From assembly GCA_016933575.1 (NCBI GenBank), contig JAFGAR010000101.1, positions 64,001 to 128,000 of the forward strand: DNA of 64,000 bases, given 5' to 3'. The notes beneath the pieces are model-generated. The model saw only the letters and a program-made list of their open reading frames with translations, had not been told where the DNA came from and made no database searches. Made by a program: the position numbers and the translations under genes. Below, in pieces: positions 48,347 through 57,802 of the stretch. The stretch is from Candidatus Thorarchaeota archaeon (GTDB lineage Archaea; Asgardarchaeota; Thorarchaeia; Thorarchaeales; Thorarchaeaceae). Numbering within the stretch: the first letter of the stretch is position 1; the number at the start of each line of letters is the position of its first letter.

Positions 48347-50239
48347 ATGAGGATGCTTCAGATACATAGCGATGGCTTTAGCTACGAGGCAAAACGAAAA
48401 GCATTGAAAACTGCAGAAGATCTTGAAGAGAAAGTCTACAAGACTGATGACTCTTGTCTTGTCAACTTCATTGCAGCTGAGACTATTGATGAAACAAATC
48501 TCAAAGGTGCTGCTGAAAAGACTGCAGATATGATAGCGTCAGCGGCTGAAGAGGTCAAAGAAACTAATATTGTAGTATATCCTTGGGTCCATCTATCTGA
48601 AACGCCCTCGAAACCGAGTAGTGCAATGAAACTACTGAAGGATGTAACTTCGAATCTCAGAAATCGTGGGTTGAATGTCGTGCAGGTTCCCTTTGGCTGG
48701 TACAAGGCATTTGAGATTCATTGTAAGGGCCACCCACTGGCTGAACGTTCAAAAGTTCTTGATATCTCGAAAGAGATTGCAAAGGCTGCACATGTCGATG
48801 TCACCGAAGGAGAAGATCTCACTGCTCTCCAAGCAGAGGAGAAGTCAACCTCAAGATTCTACATCATGGAACCCAACGGGAACATGACTGATGTCAAGGA
48901 GTTCAACTATAAGAAATACAAAGAGCTCGAGATTTATGTAAACTATGAGACTGCAAAAGATCGTACTGTGCATGAACCACCTCCGCACATTGAGATTATG
49001 AAGAATTTAGAATTGGTTGATTATGAACCAGGGTCAGATGCAGGCAATTTTCGATGGCCACCAAGAGGTCTCACTCTAAAGAAAGCGGTCGAGGAGCGTG
49101 TCACTTCAGAAATGGTAGATTATGGAGCTCATGTCGTTCAGACTCCACTTATCTATGATTATGCACATCCATCTCTGAAATCATATCTTCAGAGATTCCC
49201 ATCAAGACAATATGTTGTGCGTTCTGGAGACCGTGACTACTTTGCCCGTTTCTCCGCCTGTTTTGGTCAATTTCTCTTAATATCACAGGCACAGATTTCT
49301 TACAAACAACTACCACTGAAGCTTTTTGAAATAGCCCCCTCATATAGACGAGAACAAAGTGGCGAATTGGCAGGTATGCGACGTCCACGAGCATTCACAA
49401 TGCCTGATATCCACGAAATAGTTGCTGACACTGAAATGGCAAAGGATGCAGTGAACAATCAACTAGTCTTTGTGACCAAATTGATGAACGAGCTCGAACT
49501 AAGCTATGAAGTGTCTTTCAGAATTCTACAGTCTTTCTTTGATGAAAACAAAGAATTTGTTGAAGGTGTCATTACCAAAGTAGGAAAACCTGTGATGTTG
49601 GAACTCTTCGATGAGAGATATGCCTATTTCATCTTTAAGGGTGAATGGAATGTTGTCGATGAGCAAAAGAAAGCTGCATGTTTAGCCACTATTCAAATCG
49701 ATGTAGAGAATGGTGAGCGTTTCAATATAAAATATGTAGATCAAGATGGTAAAGAACAATATCCACTAATCCTTCATACCTCGCCCTCTGGCTCGATTGA
49801 AAGAATTCTCTATGGCGTATTAGAACAAGCTTCAAAGGATATGAAAGTGGGCAAAGTTCCTCACCTTCCTCTCTGGATGACGCCTGTACAAGTACGGTTG
49901 GTCCCTGTTAATGAGAATTTCATCGATTATTGTACTTCAATATGTGAAACGCTCGATAAAGCAGGAGTGCGATATGAGATTGATGACCGCCAACTGACTC
50001 TTGGCAAGAAGATACGTTCTGCAGAAAAGCTTTGGATACCCTATATCGCAGTAATCGGTGATAAGGAGAAAGAGAGTGGAGAGTTAGCTGTAAGACGACG
50101 TGAGAATAAAGATCAGGTTCTGATGAAGATTGAAGAATTGATATCTGAAATCGATGCAAAGACCAATTTTGCACCAAAGCAGAGATTACTACTTCCAAAT
50201 ATGATATCCCGGCAACCAATATTCTCTCGTGAAGTCTAA
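48347..50239 (+). CDS. thrS: threonyl-tRNA synthetase, archaeal type with N-terminal editing domain
   Basis: MRMLQIHSD, YPWVHLS, PFGWYK, CKGHPLAE, RFSACFG, R.EQSGE, FTMPDIH and HTSPSGSIER. Confidence 0.97.
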   Translation: MRMLQIHSDGFSYEAKRKALKTAEDLEEKVYKTDDSCLVNFIAAETIDETNLKGAAEKTADMIASAAEEVKETNIVVYPWVHLSETPSKPSSAMKLLKDVTSNLRNRGLNVVQVPFGWYKAFEIHCKGHPLAERSKVLDISKEIAKAAHVDVTEGEDLTALQAEEKSTSRFYIMEPNGNMTDVKEFNYKKYKELEIYVNYETAKDRTVHEPPPHIEIMKNLELVDYEPGSDAGNFRWPPRGLTLKKAVEERVTSEMVDYGAHVVQTPLIYDYAHPSLKSYLQRFPSRQYVVRSGDRDYFARFSACFGQFLLISQAQISYKQLPLKLFEIAPSYRREQSGELAGMRRPRAFTMPDIHEIVADTEMAKDAVNNQLVFVTKLMNELELSYEVSFRILQSFFDENKEFVEGVITKVGKPVMLELFDERYAYFIFKGEWNVVDEQKKAACLATIQIDVENGERFNIKYVDQDGKEQYPLILHTSPSGSIERILYGVLEQASKDMKVGKVPHLPLWMTPVQVRLVPVNENFIDYCTSICETLDKAGVRYEIDDRQLTLGKKIRSAEKLWIPYIAVIGDKEKESGELAVRRRENKDQVLMKIEELISEIDAKTNFAPKQRLLLPNMISRQPIFSREV

Positions 50240-50251
50240 TGACTTCCTCTA

Positions 50252-50292
50252 ATTTCCTCTAATTACAAAATTCAGCGGCAATTGGAGGAAAT
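50252..50292 (+). terminator. inverted repeat downstream of thrS
   Basis: ATTTCCTCTAATT / AATTGGAGGAAAT, followed shortly by a T run. Confidence 0.45.
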
Positions 50293-50385
50293 CCTATATT
50301 TTTCTTAGATAATGACTCTATTCGATACTGTTTTTACTAGCCATGCACTTAGTCTAAGTTGTCTTGACTTGAAGGAGAGAGTGAG

Positions 50386-51528
50386 ATGAAGATAGGCATC
50401 ATAGGTAGTGGTCAAATGGGTCGCGGGGCAGCCTTTGACCTTGCTAAACAGGATTCGGTTGATGAAATTCTACTTGCAGATATAGACCTACAAAATGCTG
50501 AGGCACTAGCTAAAGAAGTTGGTCCAAAGGCTAAGGCTGAGAAGGTTGATGCAAAGAATCGAAGTCAACTTGTTAAATTCTTTAACAAGGTAGACTCGGT
50601 CATAAGCGCAGTCAGTTATACTGTCAATGTACTTCATACCGAAGTTGCGATAGAGACTCAGACACACCTATGTGATCTTGGCGGCGGATGGGTCATAGTA
50701 GAAAAGCAACTTGAAATGAATGAAGCAGCAAAAACTGCTAATGTCACAATAGTTCCTGATTGTGGATTGGCTCCTGGAATGGTTAGTGTTCTAGCTCGTC
50801 ATGGGATAGAATATCTAGATAAAGTAGATAGTGTCAAGATTCGTGTTGGCGGACTTCAACAAGAGCCTAGACCTCCATTAAATTACTCTCTGATCTTCTC
50901 AGTTGAAGGCCTTATCAACGAGTATGTTGAGCCATGCATTGCCCTGCGTAATGGTAAGATAGTAAAAGAAGAACCGTTGATCGGTTTCGAAGAAATAACA
51001 TTTCCTGAACCCTATGGAAAGCTTGAGGCATTCAACACAAGTGGTGGAACATCAACCCTTCCTCAAACCTATCTCGGTAAAGTTGACGAGCTTGACTATA
51101 AGACAATCCGCTATCCTGGTCATGGACATAAGATGTGGACTCTCCTAAAACTCGGTCTTATGGATAGTAAATCAATTGAAGTAGATGGCTCAAAAATTGC
51201 GCCAAGACGTGTTCTTGAAACCCTTCTGGAAAAGAATTTGCCTCCCTCAGGAAAAGATGTGACACTGATTCGAGTAATGGTTGAGGGATGGAAAGGAACA
51301 GAATCTAGAATTGTTGAATATGAAGTGATTGATCTGTTTGATGAAAAGACCGGATTGACATCGATGATGAGAACAACTTCGTTCCCTGCGGCTGTCACTG
51401 CAATAATGATGGCTGACGGTCGTATTGAAAATCGAGGTGTATTGACTCCAGAACGTTGTATTCCACCAGGACCCTTCATCGAGGAGTTACGAGAACGTGG
51501 AATAGATATTAAACAAAGAATTGTATAG
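50386..51528 (+). CDS. saccharopine dehydrogenase / lysine 6-dehydrogenase family
   Basis: GSGQMG, DCGLAPG, VGGL, FSVEGLINEY and KTIRYPGH. Confidence 0.9.
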   Translation: MKIGIIGSGQMGRGAAFDLAKQDSVDEILLADIDLQNAEALAKEVGPKAKAEKVDAKNRSQLVKFFNKVDSVISAVSYTVNVLHTEVAIETQTHLCDLGGGWVIVEKQLEMNEAAKTANVTIVPDCGLAPGMVSVLARHGIEYLDKVDSVKIRVGGLQQEPRPPLNYSLIFSVEGLINEYVEPCIALRNGKIVKEEPLIGFEEITFPEPYGKLEAFNTSGGTSTLPQTYLGKVDELDYKTIRYPGHGHKMWTLLKLGLMDSKSIEVDGSKIAPRRVLETLLEKNLPPSGKDVTLIRVMVEGWKGTESRIVEYEVIDLFDEKTGLTSMMRTTSFPAAVTAIMMADGRIENRGVLTPERCIPPGPFIEELRERGIDIKQRIV

Positions 51529-51758
51529 AACTTGTCCAATTATTCTCTAGCTTCGTAAGTCAATCAAAGAGAAATCACGAATAGTGGGTCTCCATTGAAG
51601 TATAACTATGAAATCATTATTACAAAAATCACAATTAAACCATTTTAAACAACTAGAGACACATTTTAATCTTGCAAGAAGAGTTTATGAGTCTCTGCGA
51701 TTTTAGATTGCTAACAAATCTTAACATTATCATGAAAGAATCGCTAAGAAGTATGATT

Positions 51759-51792
51759 TGTACATAACTATGTGTACATAATAATGTATATA
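51759..51792 (+). promoter_or_regulatory. repeated TGTACATAA motif abutting a TATA box
   Basis: TGTACATAA at 51759 and 51773, TGTATATA at 51785, about 33 nt upstream of the HTH gene. Confidence 0.45.
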
Positions 51793-51824
51793 TACTTCTG
51801 AGACCTAATCATATTCGATTCAAT

Positions 51825-52109
51825 ATGCTTCTTCCACTATCATCACCACGAGTCGATATTGGCCAAGCAATGGCAGCTGTTCTGCAAGTATTGAAAGATT
51901 GTCCGAATATGACAATTGCAGGGCTTGCAAAAGCCACAGGTATCGATCGTAGAACTGTGGGTAAAGCAATTGATCTCATTCTAAAAGTGCAAGAGAGTCT
52001 TTCTTCTCAGAAGATGGAAAAAGAACGAGTTGGAAAAACTTGGATAATCTCTATTGCAAAGAGGACTTCTGAATTTATTGGTACTGCGAAAGGGAAAGTT
52101 CGTAGGTGA
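51825..52109 (+). CDS. small winged-helix DNA-binding protein
   Basis: MTIAGLAKATGIDRRTVGKAI HTH followed by a beta wing. Confidence 0.75.
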   Translation: MLLPLSSPRVDIGQAMAAVLQVLKDCPNMTIAGLAKATGIDRRTVGKAIDLILKVQESLSSQKMEKERVGKTWIISIAKRTSEFIGTAKGKVRR

Positions 52110-52120
52110 GGGGAGTTCAG

Positions 52121-52651
52121 ATGAGTTCACGGGTTTCAAGTTTCATACTTCTAATGATATTTGGTGTCCTTAGTACAATCACATTGAATGTTATGTGGAC
52201 CACCTTTGGACACTTGACAATCTACCACATGATGCTTATTTTTATTATTGCATCACTCGGAGAGAGTATCGTATCATCACAGGGATATTATCACTATACC
52301 CGACAAGAGAGAAATGGACCTTTCATTAGAAATGTACCTATCTGGATTGCTTTCCTCTGGACATTTTCTATTCAAGGTAGTCTGCTCATAGCTCTTCTAG
52401 CAGGAGCTACAGGCATACAAGCTATTCTTGCATCAGGTCTGATTGCATGTCTAGCAGATTTAATTCTCTTCGAACCCTTTCTATGTCGAAATAAGCAACT
52501 CTGGAGATGGACTCCTGTGACAAATGGTTATTTCAGGTTCATCCCTTCAAGATTCAATCGTTTTACCGCGCCGTTAGGGAATTACATCACATGGTTCCTT
52601 TTCCCCATAATTGCAAATGGATTTCTAGGTCTTCTTACACTTATCTTCTAA
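52121..52651 (+). CDS. CruF/DUF422-like carotenoid/isoprenoid hydratase family membrane protein
   Basis: E..., NVPIWIAFLW, D...EP, W.W and PLGNYITWF match the CruF family pattern. Confidence 0.6.
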   Translation: MSSRVSSFILLMIFGVLSTITLNVMWTTFGHLTIYHMMLIFIIASLGESIVSSQGYYHYTRQERNGPFIRNVPIWIAFLWTFSIQGSLLIALLAGATGIQAILASGLIACLADLILFEPFLCRNKQLWRWTPVTNGYFRFIPSRFNRFTAPLGNYITWFLFPIIANGFLGLLTLIF

Positions 52652-52661
52652 ACCCTATTCC

Positions 52662-52695
52662 GAGGAGTCATCAACAATATTATTGATGACTCCTC
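52662..52695 (+). terminator. perfect 13-bp inverted repeat after the CruF-like gene
   Basis: GAGGAGTCATCAA-N8-TTGATGACTCCTC. Confidence 0.55.
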
Positions 52696-52763
52696 ACCTC
52701 AATTTCGCAAGCGTTTTGGAATGATTAATCTGGTAGAATGTCACTCACTTCTTTGTGATTTCC

Positions 52764-53987
52764 ATGAAGGAGTACAGCAAGATCTACTCGAAGATCCTTG
52801 ATGCGCGTGAAGTTTTGCGGGATATTAAGCACGTCACACGACTTGACCATTCATCAACTTTTAGCAAACTTAGTGGCGGAGATGTCTATCTCAAGCTAGA
52901 GAATTTGCAGAAAACAGGATCCTTCAAAGTACGTGGTGCTGCTTATGCTATGTCTCAATTAGCTGACGATGAGAAGAAAGCTGGCGTGGTTGCAGCCTCA
53001 GCTGGTAATCATGCTCAAGGGGTGGCTTATGCAGCAACTAGACTTGGTATCAAATCTACCATTGTAATGCCCATTTTTTCTCCGGTAGCTAAGATTCAAG
53101 CTACAGAGAGCTATGGTGCTAATGTAGTATTGCATGGTAATGCGTTTGATGATGCTCTTGCTCATGCTCGAGAGACTGCAGAAAAGACTGGTGCTACATT
53201 TTTGCATCCGTTTAATGATGAGGATGTAATTGCTGGTCAGGGTACAATTGGTCTGGAAATATTAGATGAATTGCCAGATGTAGATGTGATTGCTGTACCT
53301 GTAGGTGGTGGAGGTCTTGTATCTGGTATTTCTATCGCAGTAAAGGAACAAAACCCTAAGGTCGATATCTATGGAGTTGAAGCAGCATCTGCTGCTTCTA
53401 TGCAAGCGTCATTTGAAGCAGGACGTATTATCAATGTTGAAGGATTAGATACTATATGTGATGGTATTGCTGTGAAGCGTCCTGGAAAATTGACATACAA
53501 CATCGCGAAGAATCTACTATCAGGGATTGTGACAGTTGAAGAGCTTGAGGTGACTAGGACTTTATTCTTACTCCTCGAACGTGCGAAGATAGTCGTCGAA
53601 CCTGCAGGTTGTGTTGGTCTCGCAGCTTTTCAGCATCGGAAGATTGATGTCAAAGGGAAGACCGGTGTTGCAGTACTATCTGGTGGAAATATCGATATGT
53701 CATTTCTATCGAGAGTCGTTGAAAAGGAACTCTTTAGACTTGGTAGGTCTGTTAGGGTAAGAGGTTCAATTCTTGATAGAGTTGGAAGTATGAACAAAGT
53801 ACTGAGTGTTGTAGCAGAATCAGGAGTCAGTATCATTGAGATAAATCAAGATAGGTCTGATCCAGATATTCCTCCAAATCGAGCTGAACTTGAGATGATA
53901 CTTGAGGTTCCAGATGAAAATGCAGTGAAGAAGATGCTGCAACTCCTTACGGAGCATGGTATGAACTTTGAGAGATACGAAGACTGA
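52764..53987 (+). CDS. ilvA: threonine ammonia-lyase with C-terminal ACT domain
   Basis: KLENLQKTGSFKVRGA, SAGNHAQG, PVGGGGL and SGGNID. Confidence 0.93.
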   Translation: MKEYSKIYSKILDAREVLRDIKHVTRLDHSSTFSKLSGGDVYLKLENLQKTGSFKVRGAAYAMSQLADDEKKAGVVAASAGNHAQGVAYAATRLGIKSTIVMPIFSPVAKIQATESYGANVVLHGNAFDDALAHARETAEKTGATFLHPFNDEDVIAGQGTIGLEILDELPDVDVIAVPVGGGGLVSGISIAVKEQNPKVDIYGVEAASAASMQASFEAGRIINVEGLDTICDGIAVKRPGKLTYNIAKNLLSGIVTVEELEVTRTLFLLLERAKIVVEPAGCVGLAAFQHRKIDVKGKTGVAVLSGGNIDMSFLSRVVEKELFRLGRSVRVRGSILDRVGSMNKVLSVVAESGVSIIEINQDRSDPDIPPNRAELEMILEVPDENAVKKMLQLLTEHGMNFERYED

Positions 53988-54010
53988 AGAACGCAATCTC
54001 TAGTGCCCTC

Positions 54011-54035
54011 TGAATGGTACAAGAAGTACCATTCA
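54011..54035. terminator. hairpin between convergent genes
   Basis: TGAATGGTAC-AAGAA-GTACCATTCA, a perfect 10-bp stem. Confidence 0.55.
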
Positions 54036-54056
54036 TGGGTGCATTTGTAAAATACT

Positions 54057-55811
54057 CTATATCAGTGGGAGGCTGGAAACTGCAACCAATGCAAACATGA
54101 ATGCACTGACGATAATTGCTGGCCATGTATTCTCAAATTTAAGAGCAGTCCAGATTGTCATTGCATTTGTTAGAATTGATACAATCAGGATCAATAGTAG
54201 TAGGAGACCCAGGAGTACCATCTTTCCAGCAATGAATCCGAGAGCAGTTGTTCCAAATACGACGAATACAGCAAGAAGACTCGCAACGGCCATCTTAGAA
54301 GCAAATGCAAAGATGACGGTCTTTATCTCTCCTCTTCCTCCACTCCATTCTCTCTTACTCAGAAGTAAACCTCGTATCCAAGCAGCATCTGCGACAAGAT
54401 AGGGTACTGCAATAAGAGCAACAATCACAGTGTTAATGCCGCGTACACTAACAGGCCACTTCACCAAGGCGATGAGTATCCATGGTTGCATTGCTTCTGG
54501 TAAGCCACACAAAGCTAGCCATGCAAGTAACCAGGATATGCCTATCAGAGCAATTAAGAGAGCCTTGAGAATATCATTCAGATGTTCTTTCCATGGTAGG
54601 TGTTGAATACCAACTGAAGCAAATGCTTTCTGAGTTTGCTCTTTGCCCATTGAAATTAACATTGTGAGAGTTATGCCAATAGCAGAGAGAGTATAGAAGA
54701 GAATCATTCCTGTAGCAAACATTGAATTTGGCCAAGCTAGACCGATATTCTCCAAGTGAAAACCCCCTGCAGAAGTAGCTGTGTAAATTGTGACCACTAC
54801 AGCTCCAAGGATTGAGCTTATTGCAAATGTCTTTTTGATTCCTAAAGGTTGCGTATCAACCTGTATTTTTCTTGGCTTTAATTTCTCAGGAAGATAGCTA
54901 TAGACCAATAACATAACGGGAAGGACTGAAACCAGAAGAAACAACGCTCCTGTAAAAGTAGCAATAGTCTTGTTGAAATAGATCTGGTCTGCAGGATCTA
55001 GAGTATATTCTAATTGTGCCTCACCCTGAATTCCTTGAATTAACCAAGATATCGACTCTTCGACAATGGTTCCATCAATAGCCTCAAAGACATGATCAGT
55101 CGGAGCTAGAGCTAGTCTATAAGCAGTCCCATTCACAAGAGACCCATATGTGATACCCGCCTCAGCAGTACTATTACCTGTTGCAGTACGAATCGCATGG
55201 AGGGCATCATCGACAGTTATCATCTCGTCGTATTCTCCAACAGCAATCAGTAGATTTCCTGGGAAATCGACATATGTTCCTAGACTCATCTGTCCTATGT
55301 CACCTACAGCTGCGTATGCCATTGGAGCTATTGGGAAATCTTTGAGTTGGATTGCTACGCGAAAACCAAGTGAATGCGATAAGACACCATAGCTCTCATT
55401 ATCTACATTAGCCCAATTCTGTTGAACATATCGAACAGCAGCATAGGCATCTTCAGCCATCGCTTGGAACTCTGTTATAATAAACGGAAGAACTGAATCT
55501 CCGTGACCCGCAAGATCTACTGATACTACGGTAAAATTACGACGGGCTAGTTCAATATTGAAAGCATACATCCCTTCTTTTGACCCAGCTAATCCATGAA
55601 GTGTAAGCACAATTGGCATTGGATCCAGAAGTTCACCAGTACGCGGTGTGTAGACTAGGAAATCAACAGGTCTTCCAGGAGCTCTTTCGATTCGCATTCT
55701 ATCAATCGTGAGCTCTCCCATTCCTCTATCTACCGTCCATGAAAGATAGTACGAGGACGCAATAAGGATAGACATGATGAAGATTGTAAAATACAGAGTC
55801 TGTCTTTTCAT
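54057..55811 (-). CDS. membrane-bound alpha/beta hydrolase with multi-TM C-terminal domain
   Basis: N-terminal TM, LHGLAG, DLAGHGDS, SHSLG nucleophile elbow, GEYDE, TDHVFE, then about 8 TMs. Confidence 0.82.
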   Translation of the reverse strand: MKRQTLYFTIFIMSILIASSYYLSWTVDRGMGELTIDRMRIERAPGRPVDFLVYTPRTGELLDPMPIVLTLHGLAGSKEGMYAFNIELARRNFTVVSVDLAGHGDSVLPFIITEFQAMAEDAYAAVRYVQQNWANVDNESYGVLSHSLGFRVAIQLKDFPIAPMAYAAVGDIGQMSLGTYVDFPGNLLIAVGEYDEMITVDDALHAIRTATGNSTAEAGITYGSLVNGTAYRLALAPTDHVFEAIDGTIVEESISWLIQGIQGEAQLEYTLDPADQIYFNKTIATFTGALFLLVSVLPVMLLVYSYLPEKLKPRKIQVDTQPLGIKKTFAISSILGAVVVTIYTATSAGGFHLENIGLAWPNSMFATGMILFYTLSAIGITLTMLISMGKEQTQKAFASVGIQHLPWKEHLNDILKALLIALIGISWLLAWLALCGLPEAMQPWILIALVKWPVSVRGINTVIVALIAVPYLVADAAWIRGLLLSKREWSGGRGEIKTVIFAFASKMAVASLLAVFVVFGTTALGFIAGKMVLLGLLLLLILIVSILTNAMTIWTALKFENTWPAIIVSAFMFALVAVSSLPLI

Positions 55812-55924
55812 TAGATACACCGCTTGAATAATAGAACTCGTCCGTTCTTTTGACATAAAGGTGACGATTTGACGAAAAGAAGAATATGGAGCTACCTGCA
55901 AAGGTGCTCCCCACTTTTCTAATT

Positions 55925-56878
55925 TCAGTACTTTGTACCCAATTTCTTCGAAAGTTTATCCAACATCTCTTTGGTCATAGCCGCAAGATCATAATCTGGT
56001 TTCCAGCCCCATTCTTCTCTTGCAGCACTATCATCAATAGAAGCAGGCCAAGACTCTGCAATGGCTTGTCTGAAGTCTGGTTCATAACTAATCTCAAACC
56101 CGGGTATGTGCTTCTTGATTTCCGCAGCAATCTCTTCTGGTGCAAAACTCATCGCTGTGATGTTGAAACTACGGTGTTTCAGTTTCTTTGCGTCTGCTTC
56201 CATTAGATCAATAGTGCACTTAATACAATCATCCATATACATCATCGGAAGGTAAGTTCCTTTGCTAAGGAATGAGATGTATTTCTTATTCTTCAGAGCC
56301 TCGTAGAAGATTTCTACTGCATAGTCTGTAGTGCCTCCACCAGGAAGTGCTTCAGAACTGATAATACCCGGATACCTCAGAGAACGAAAATCTACACCAT
56401 AGCGCTTTGTGTAGTATTCGCCCCATAATTCAATGAACACCTTAGTCACGCCATAGGCACTAGTAGGACGCATTATCACATCATTCGGTGTGTTTTGTCT
56501 TGGGGTACTTGGACCGAAGGCAGCGATAGAGCTTGGTATCATAACTTGTTCCAGCTCAAGAATTCTTGCTGCTTCAAGAATATTGTAAGCTCCTTGAACA
56601 TTAGTACTGAATGCAAGTTGTGGGTTCTTCTCACCAACACCAGAAAGAACAGAAGCATTGTGTATAATGATATTGATGTCATTGTCAACAAGCATCGAAT
56701 GAATTTGATTTTCATCAAGAATGTCAAGATGGAGGTATGGTCCATCTTCAGTCAATATCTTTGGCGGTTTCTTTCTTCCAGTAGCAATTACGTTATCTCC
56801 GCCATATTTTGTCCTGAGAGCTCCAACTAACTCAGTGCCAATTTGTCCATAGGATCCTGTTACTAAGATACGTTTCAT
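55925..56878 (-). CDS. tdh: L-threonine 3-dehydrogenase (SDR/epimerase type)
   Basis: TGSYGQIG, PSSIAAFG, YGVTK, RYPGIIS, PGGGTTDYAV and RQAIAESWP. Confidence 0.9.
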   Translation of the reverse strand: MKRILVTGSYGQIGTELVGALRTKYGGDNVIATGRKKPPKILTEDGPYLHLDILDENQIHSMLVDNDINIIIHNASVLSGVGEKNPQLAFSTNVQGAYNILEAARILELEQVMIPSSIAAFGPSTPRQNTPNDVIMRPTSAYGVTKVFIELWGEYYTKRYGVDFRSLRYPGIISSEALPGGGTTDYAVEIFYEALKNKKYISFLSKGTYLPMMYMDDCIKCTIDLMEADAKKLKHRSFNITAMSFAPEEIAAEIKKHIPGFEISYEPDFRQAIAESWPASIDDSAAREEWGWKPDYDLAAMTKEMLDKLSKKLGTKY

Positions 56879-56885
56879 ATTTCCT

Positions 56886-56913
56886 CAGTCCAAGAAGCTC
56901 ATTTCTTGGACTG
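56886..56913 (-). promoter_or_regulatory. 11-bp inverted repeat immediately upstream of the tdh RBS
   Basis: CAGTCCAAGAA-N6-TTCTTGGACTG, ending at the GAGG SD, 7 nt from the ATG. Confidence 0.45.
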
Positions 56914-57024
56914 CAAGCCACAATTGCCCCGTTTTAAAGCTTGACCTTCAAACAGAATTGTGAACTATTCGTTCTATGATTAGAATGATAATCAACAATT
57001 TCCACTACTGGATATGGTTTGAGG

Positions 57025-57669
57025 ATGGAGTATCATTTGAATTTCAAATGGATTGGTATTATTGCGTCTATCATATTCGTGATCATATTTCCTCTATCGA
57101 TAGTCACTTTTCCAATTCTTCCCATAATTGCGATTGGCAAGTTGTGGTTATATCCAACTTTGATTGTTCCTCTAATTGTTTGTATATTCCTCTGGTTGAT
57201 AATGGATAATAAGTACAAGTTCTCTCTACTAATACTCTTCATATCGCTGTACTTTTCTGGTCTATTTTGGATTCCACGACCCGAAATCAGCATCGATTTC
57301 TTCTTTCTAACATATGGTATGAGTGGAGTGGAGTTAATAGCATTGACCTTCTGGTTCGGATATGGTACTACGATGGTATTTGCTGAAGTGCTGACTCTAG
57401 CAGTTTTTGCCATTCTCTCAATCATTACAGCTGAGATTATAGCCCTGTTTTTAAAAGGAAGATTGAATGAAGAAATTTCTGTTGGTATTCTTCTAATCAT
57501 TATTGTACTTTGGAGTATTATTCCTATCACTTTGCTTCAGGATCATCCCTTCATTGGTCATATTACTCCCCTTCCACTAGGATCTTTTCTTTCTCTTAAT
57601 GCAATTCTTTTCCGTAAAAATTGGATTTCTGATACAAGAGATGAAGAGCCTGACAAGATTGTCGATTAG
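57025..57669 (+). CDS. hypothetical multi-TM membrane protein
   Basis: About 6 hydrophobic segments, no motif. Confidence 0.6.
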   Translation: MEYHLNFKWIGIIASIIFVIIFPLSIVTFPILPIIAIGKLWLYPTLIVPLIVCIFLWLIMDNKYKFSLLILFISLYFSGLFWIPRPEISIDFFFLTYGMSGVELIALTFWFGYGTTMVFAEVLTLAVFAILSIITAEIIALFLKGRLNEEISVGILLIIIVLWSIIPITLLQDHPFIGHITPLPLGSFLSLNAILFRKNWISDTRDEEPDKIVD

Positions 57670-57802
57670 AAAGGGTCTGTTGCTCCGAAGTTGTCATTTT
57701 ATTTCTTTTTCTGCCTCCTCTTAATTTTCTTATGTTCTAAAATTAGATTGATATCAAAATGACGCATAACATATTATAGATACCTGAGGGGCTTTGTAAG
57801 GT

